Source: Candidatus Firestoneibacteriota bacterium
GTDB taxonomy: Bacteria; Oederibacteriota; D2-FULL-39-29; JBBTED01
Reading direction: 5' to 3'
Assembly: GCA_038042445.1 (NCBI GenBank)
Contig: JBBTED010000049.1
Coordinates: 1 to 17,507, forward strand
Length of the DNA stretch: 17,507 nucleotides
This document shows, one piece after another, positions 14,749-17,507 of this stretch. The notes beneath the pieces are model-generated. The model saw only the letters and a program-made list of their open reading frames with translations, was not told where the DNA came from and did no database searches. How positions within the stretch are numbered: the first letter of the stretch is position 1; every line of letters starts with the position of its first letter. Both the position numbers and the translations under genes were made by a program.

Positions 14749-15939
14749 ATGCTAAATTTATCAAATAACAAATTAAATATTTTGAATTTTGTAAGAGAAA
14801 AAGAGGCAATTTCAAAAACTGAAATTGCAAAGGATACAAAATTGGGTTGGGGAACAGTAATAAAATTTGTTGATAGCCTTATAACAGAAAATATCTTAGA
14901 AGAAATTGGATATGCTGATTCTACAGGTGGACGTAAAGCTAACTTGATAAAATTAAATAAAGAAGCTGGGTTCTTAGTTGGGGTGGATTTGGGTGCATCA
15001 ACTACAAAAATAATAATAACAGATTTTGGATGTAACATATTGCATAAAAGAGAAACATATAGCCATCCGTATGAAGAAAAAGATAAAATTTTTCAGGAAC
15101 TATTTAAATCTATTGATGAAACAATTGTGTTGTCAGGAGTTGATAGAAAAAAAATCAAAGGTATTGGATTGTCAATTTCAGGAAATATAGATACTGAAAA
15201 AGGGTTAATAATAACTGCTGGTAATTTAGGAATAAGAGAAATGCCACCTATTCCTATAAAGGAAATGTTGGAGGAATATTTTAAAATACCATCTTTAGCT
15301 GTTGGGACTCGGGCAGCTGTTACAATTGGCGAAAAATTTTTTGGTTTGGGTAAAGGAATAAATGATTTGGTATGTGTGAATATTGGAATCGGTATAGGCT
15401 CAGGTGTGATTTCGCATGGAGAATTAGTTAAATCTACTTTTGAAAAGCAGGTAGGTTATATAGGTCATATACTTGTTGAGAAAACCGGTCCGCAATGTGG
15501 ATGTGGTGGTTATGGATGTTTGGAATCTTTTGCAGGTGGAAGAGCAATTGCAAATCAGATGAAAGAATTGTTGTCTAAAGGAGAAAATTCTTTAGTAAAA
15601 GAACTTGTCTATGGAGAATTTGATAAAATTACAGCTGCGATTATAACTGAAGCAGCTAAAAAAGGAGATGAATTATCATGTAAAATTTTAAAAAAAGCAG
15701 GGCAATATATAGATATTGGGATAAGTAATATGATTCAATTGTATCATCCGGATAAAGTAATTTTAGGTGGTGGTTTAATACAATCCAATGAACTTTTATT
15801 GAAATTTATAAAAGAAGCAATAAGTGATGCAATACCACAGGAAAGATTTGATATAAATAAAATAGTTATTTCCAAATTAGAAAATTATGCAGGACCTTTA
15901 GGAGCGATACAACTAATATGGGAAGAAGTGTTGAAATAA
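14749..15939 (+). CDS. ROK-family transcriptional regulator (XylR/NagC-like)
   Basis: N-terminal wHTH (ISKTEIAKDTKL, STGGRK), GVDLG, GIGSG and the Zn motif H...CGCGGYGCLE. Confidence 0.92.
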   Translation: MLNLSNNKLNILNFVREKEAISKTEIAKDTKLGWGTVIKFVDSLITENILEEIGYADSTGGRKANLIKLNKEAGFLVGVDLGASTTKIIITDFGCNILHKRETYSHPYEEKDKIFQELFKSIDETIVLSGVDRKKIKGIGLSISGNIDTEKGLIITAGNLGIREMPPIPIKEMLEEYFKIPSLAVGTRAAVTIGEKFFGLGKGINDLVCVNIGIGIGSGVISHGELVKSTFEKQVGYIGHILVEKTGPQCGCGGYGCLESFAGGRAIANQMKELLSKGENSLVKELVYGEFDKITAAIITEAAKKGDELSCKILKKAGQYIDIGISNMIQLYHPDKVILGGGLIQSNELLLKFIKEAISDAIPQERFDINKIVISKLENYAGPLGAIQLIWEEVLK

Positions 15940-15954
15940 AAGGAGGAATGGGAA

Positions 15955-17424
15955 ATGAATAGAAAGATGGAAATATCAAAGGGGAAATTTGTTGAACAAG
16001 CACGGAAATTAGATGTTCTGGCAGATGCGGATGTGGTAGTGCTTGGTGGTGGACCTGGGGGACTTCCTGCTGCTGTTGCTGCTGCGCGTGCTGGATACAA
16101 GACTATTATTATAGAGCGTTATGGTGTGCTTGGTGGACTTGCCACAACATGTTTGATGGGACCGTTTTTTGGTTATGCACCTGTTGAAGGACGTTATGCT
16201 CCTAATAAAAAGAATCATGTTGACAGCAAGGAACATCTGATTCTTGGGGGAATTCCTATGGAATTGGTAAGGCGGCTTCAAAAAATCGGAGGTGCGTTTA
16301 ATGACAAGATTATTGAGTGGGACGCGATACGTTTTGATCCGGAGTTATTCAAAATCGTTTGTGATGAAATATGTAACGAGTCCGGTGTAAAAACAATTTT
16401 GCATGCATGGGCTGTAGGAACCATTGTTAAGGATAATCAAATCAAAGCTGTTATAATTGAGAGTAAGTCTGGAAGACAAGTTGTGACTGGCAAGATATTT
16501 ATTGATGGCACTGGTGATGCAGACATAGCATGGTTTAGTGGCGCTCCTTACAAAAAAGGCAGGAAGTCCGATGGATTGACCCAATCTATGGGGACTCGTT
16601 TTCGTATAGGAAATGTTAGGCCACGTACTAAAGCTGAAATTGCAAAAGGAAATGAACTTGTTTCTGAGGCAATCAGGCAGGGATTGATTCATCCTCGTAG
16701 CACTGGTTGGGTTGACGAGGTTGGGTCTACTGTTAGGGAAAACGAAATGACTCCAGATACTACACGTGCTGCTGGTGATGGCACCAATGTTATGCATTTG
16801 ACAAGGGCTGAATTCAAAATCCGAAAAGATACTATGGCTATGATGAAATTTCTGAAGGAAAAGGTGCCGGGTTTTGAAAATGCATACCTGATTGATTTAC
16901 CATTTACTGTTGGAGTTCGTGAAACTCGTCAGATTGTTGGAGAATATTGTTTGAGTGATGACGATGTTCTTGAAACCAGAAAGCATAAGGATACGTCCAT
17001 AGCGAAAGGATGTTGGTGGATTGACATACATTGTCCGCTTGGCAATTCAACTCCATGGTCTGCTCAAACATCTCTCTGCTCAGAAATGTGCCGTGTAGAT
17101 GAGTTTCAGAAACGTAAATGCATTATGAAGGCAAAATGCAAAGAACAGCTTCCACCAGCTTCGTTCATTCGTGAGAACGACCATTATGATATTCCTTATG
17201 GTTGTCTGGTTCCAAAGAAAATCGACAATCTTCTGGTGTCCGGACGCTGTGTTTCCGCTACTCATATTGCAATGGCTTCTATCAGAGTCATAGGCACTTG
17301 TTTCGCATTGGGAGAGGCAGCAGGAACAGCAGCAGCTCTTTCTCTAAAAACAAAATTAATACCGCGTGCTATAAATGTTGTGCAACTACGTAATACATTA
17401 TCCAAAAATGGCGCGATTGTTTAA
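15955..17424 (+). CDS. FAD-dependent oxidoreductase (FAD_oxidored / PF12831-type)
   Basis: DVVVLGGGPGG..AA.AAAR, ERYGVLGG, FIDGTGDAD, GVRETR, IDIH, YDIPYGCLVP and NLLVSGRCVSATH.A.AS.RV motifs; AGGAGG RBS. Confidence 0.9.
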   Translation: MNRKMEISKGKFVEQARKLDVLADADVVVLGGGPGGLPAAVAAARAGYKTIIIERYGVLGGLATTCLMGPFFGYAPVEGRYAPNKKNHVDSKEHLILGGIPMELVRRLQKIGGAFNDKIIEWDAIRFDPELFKIVCDEICNESGVKTILHAWAVGTIVKDNQIKAVIIESKSGRQVVTGKIFIDGTGDADIAWFSGAPYKKGRKSDGLTQSMGTRFRIGNVRPRTKAEIAKGNELVSEAIRQGLIHPRSTGWVDEVGSTVRENEMTPDTTRAAGDGTNVMHLTRAEFKIRKDTMAMMKFLKEKVPGFENAYLIDLPFTVGVRETRQIVGEYCLSDDDVLETRKHKDTSIAKGCWWIDIHCPLGNSTPWSAQTSLCSEMCRVDEFQKRKCIMKAKCKEQLPPASFIRENDHYDIPYGCLVPKKIDNLLVSGRCVSATHIAMASIRVIGTCFALGEAAGTAAALSLKTKLIPRAINVVQLRNTLSKNGAIV

Positions 17425-17439
17425 TATTTTAATGTGTTT

Positions 17440-17472
17440 CCCCTCTTTTTTTAAAGAGGGGTTAGGGGAGTT
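17440..17472. repeat. C/G-rich intergenic hairpin repeat
   Basis: CCCCTCTTT-tttt-AAAGAGGGG (17440-17461) followed by TTAGGGGAG. Confidence 0.6.
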
Positions 17473-17490
17473 TGAAAGGAGAAAAATAAA

Positions 17491-17507
17491 TTGATAACTT
17501 CAAAAGA
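17491..17507 (+). CDS. Probable start of the next gene (TTG; MITSK...)
   Basis: AAAGGAG RBS about 9 nt upstream of TTG 17491; only 5 full codons are visible. Confidence 0.35.

Noticed and set aside
10759..17393. Remaining small ORFs overlapping the GntR, GH116, ROK and oxidoreductase genes, including 14576..14839 and 14721..15038
   Set aside because: Antisense or out-of-frame to strong genes, or spanning promoter and repeat DNA; no recognisable domains.

Overview
AT-rich bacterial window with three blocks. (1) 1-5280 is a minus-strand, probably co-transcribed redox/nitrosative-stress operon. It sits behind a perfect CRP/FNR-family (HcpR-type) TGTGA-N6-TCACA box. Gene order: hemerythrin-domain protein, truncated Hcp-associated Fe-S protein, DUF1858-type CxxC protein, sulfite/nitrite-reductase-like Fe-S protein, a CuA-less subunit II, a heme-copper oxidase (HCO) superfamily subunit I with Asp replacing the helix-VI His (gNOR-like), a small 4-TM HxH protein, and the 5' end of thyX. 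(2) 5386-10500 holds an intact hicB behind a frameshifted hicA, a DUF2723/TMEM260-like glycosyltransferase with TPRs, and a fba plus probably PPi-dependent pfk pair. (3) 10625-17507 is a carbohydrate locus: GntR-LacI hybrid regulator, GH116 glycosidase, ROK regulator with a non-canonical sugar pocket, and an FAD-dependent oxidoreductase with a Cys-rich insert. Several REP-like palindromic repeats lie in intergenic regions. The most interesting candidate system is the HCO operon. It looks like an Hcp-type NO-stress regulon in which a gNOR-like, possibly quinol-fed, membrane enzyme stands where Hcp usually is. All family calls come from motif recognition by eye; no searches were run.
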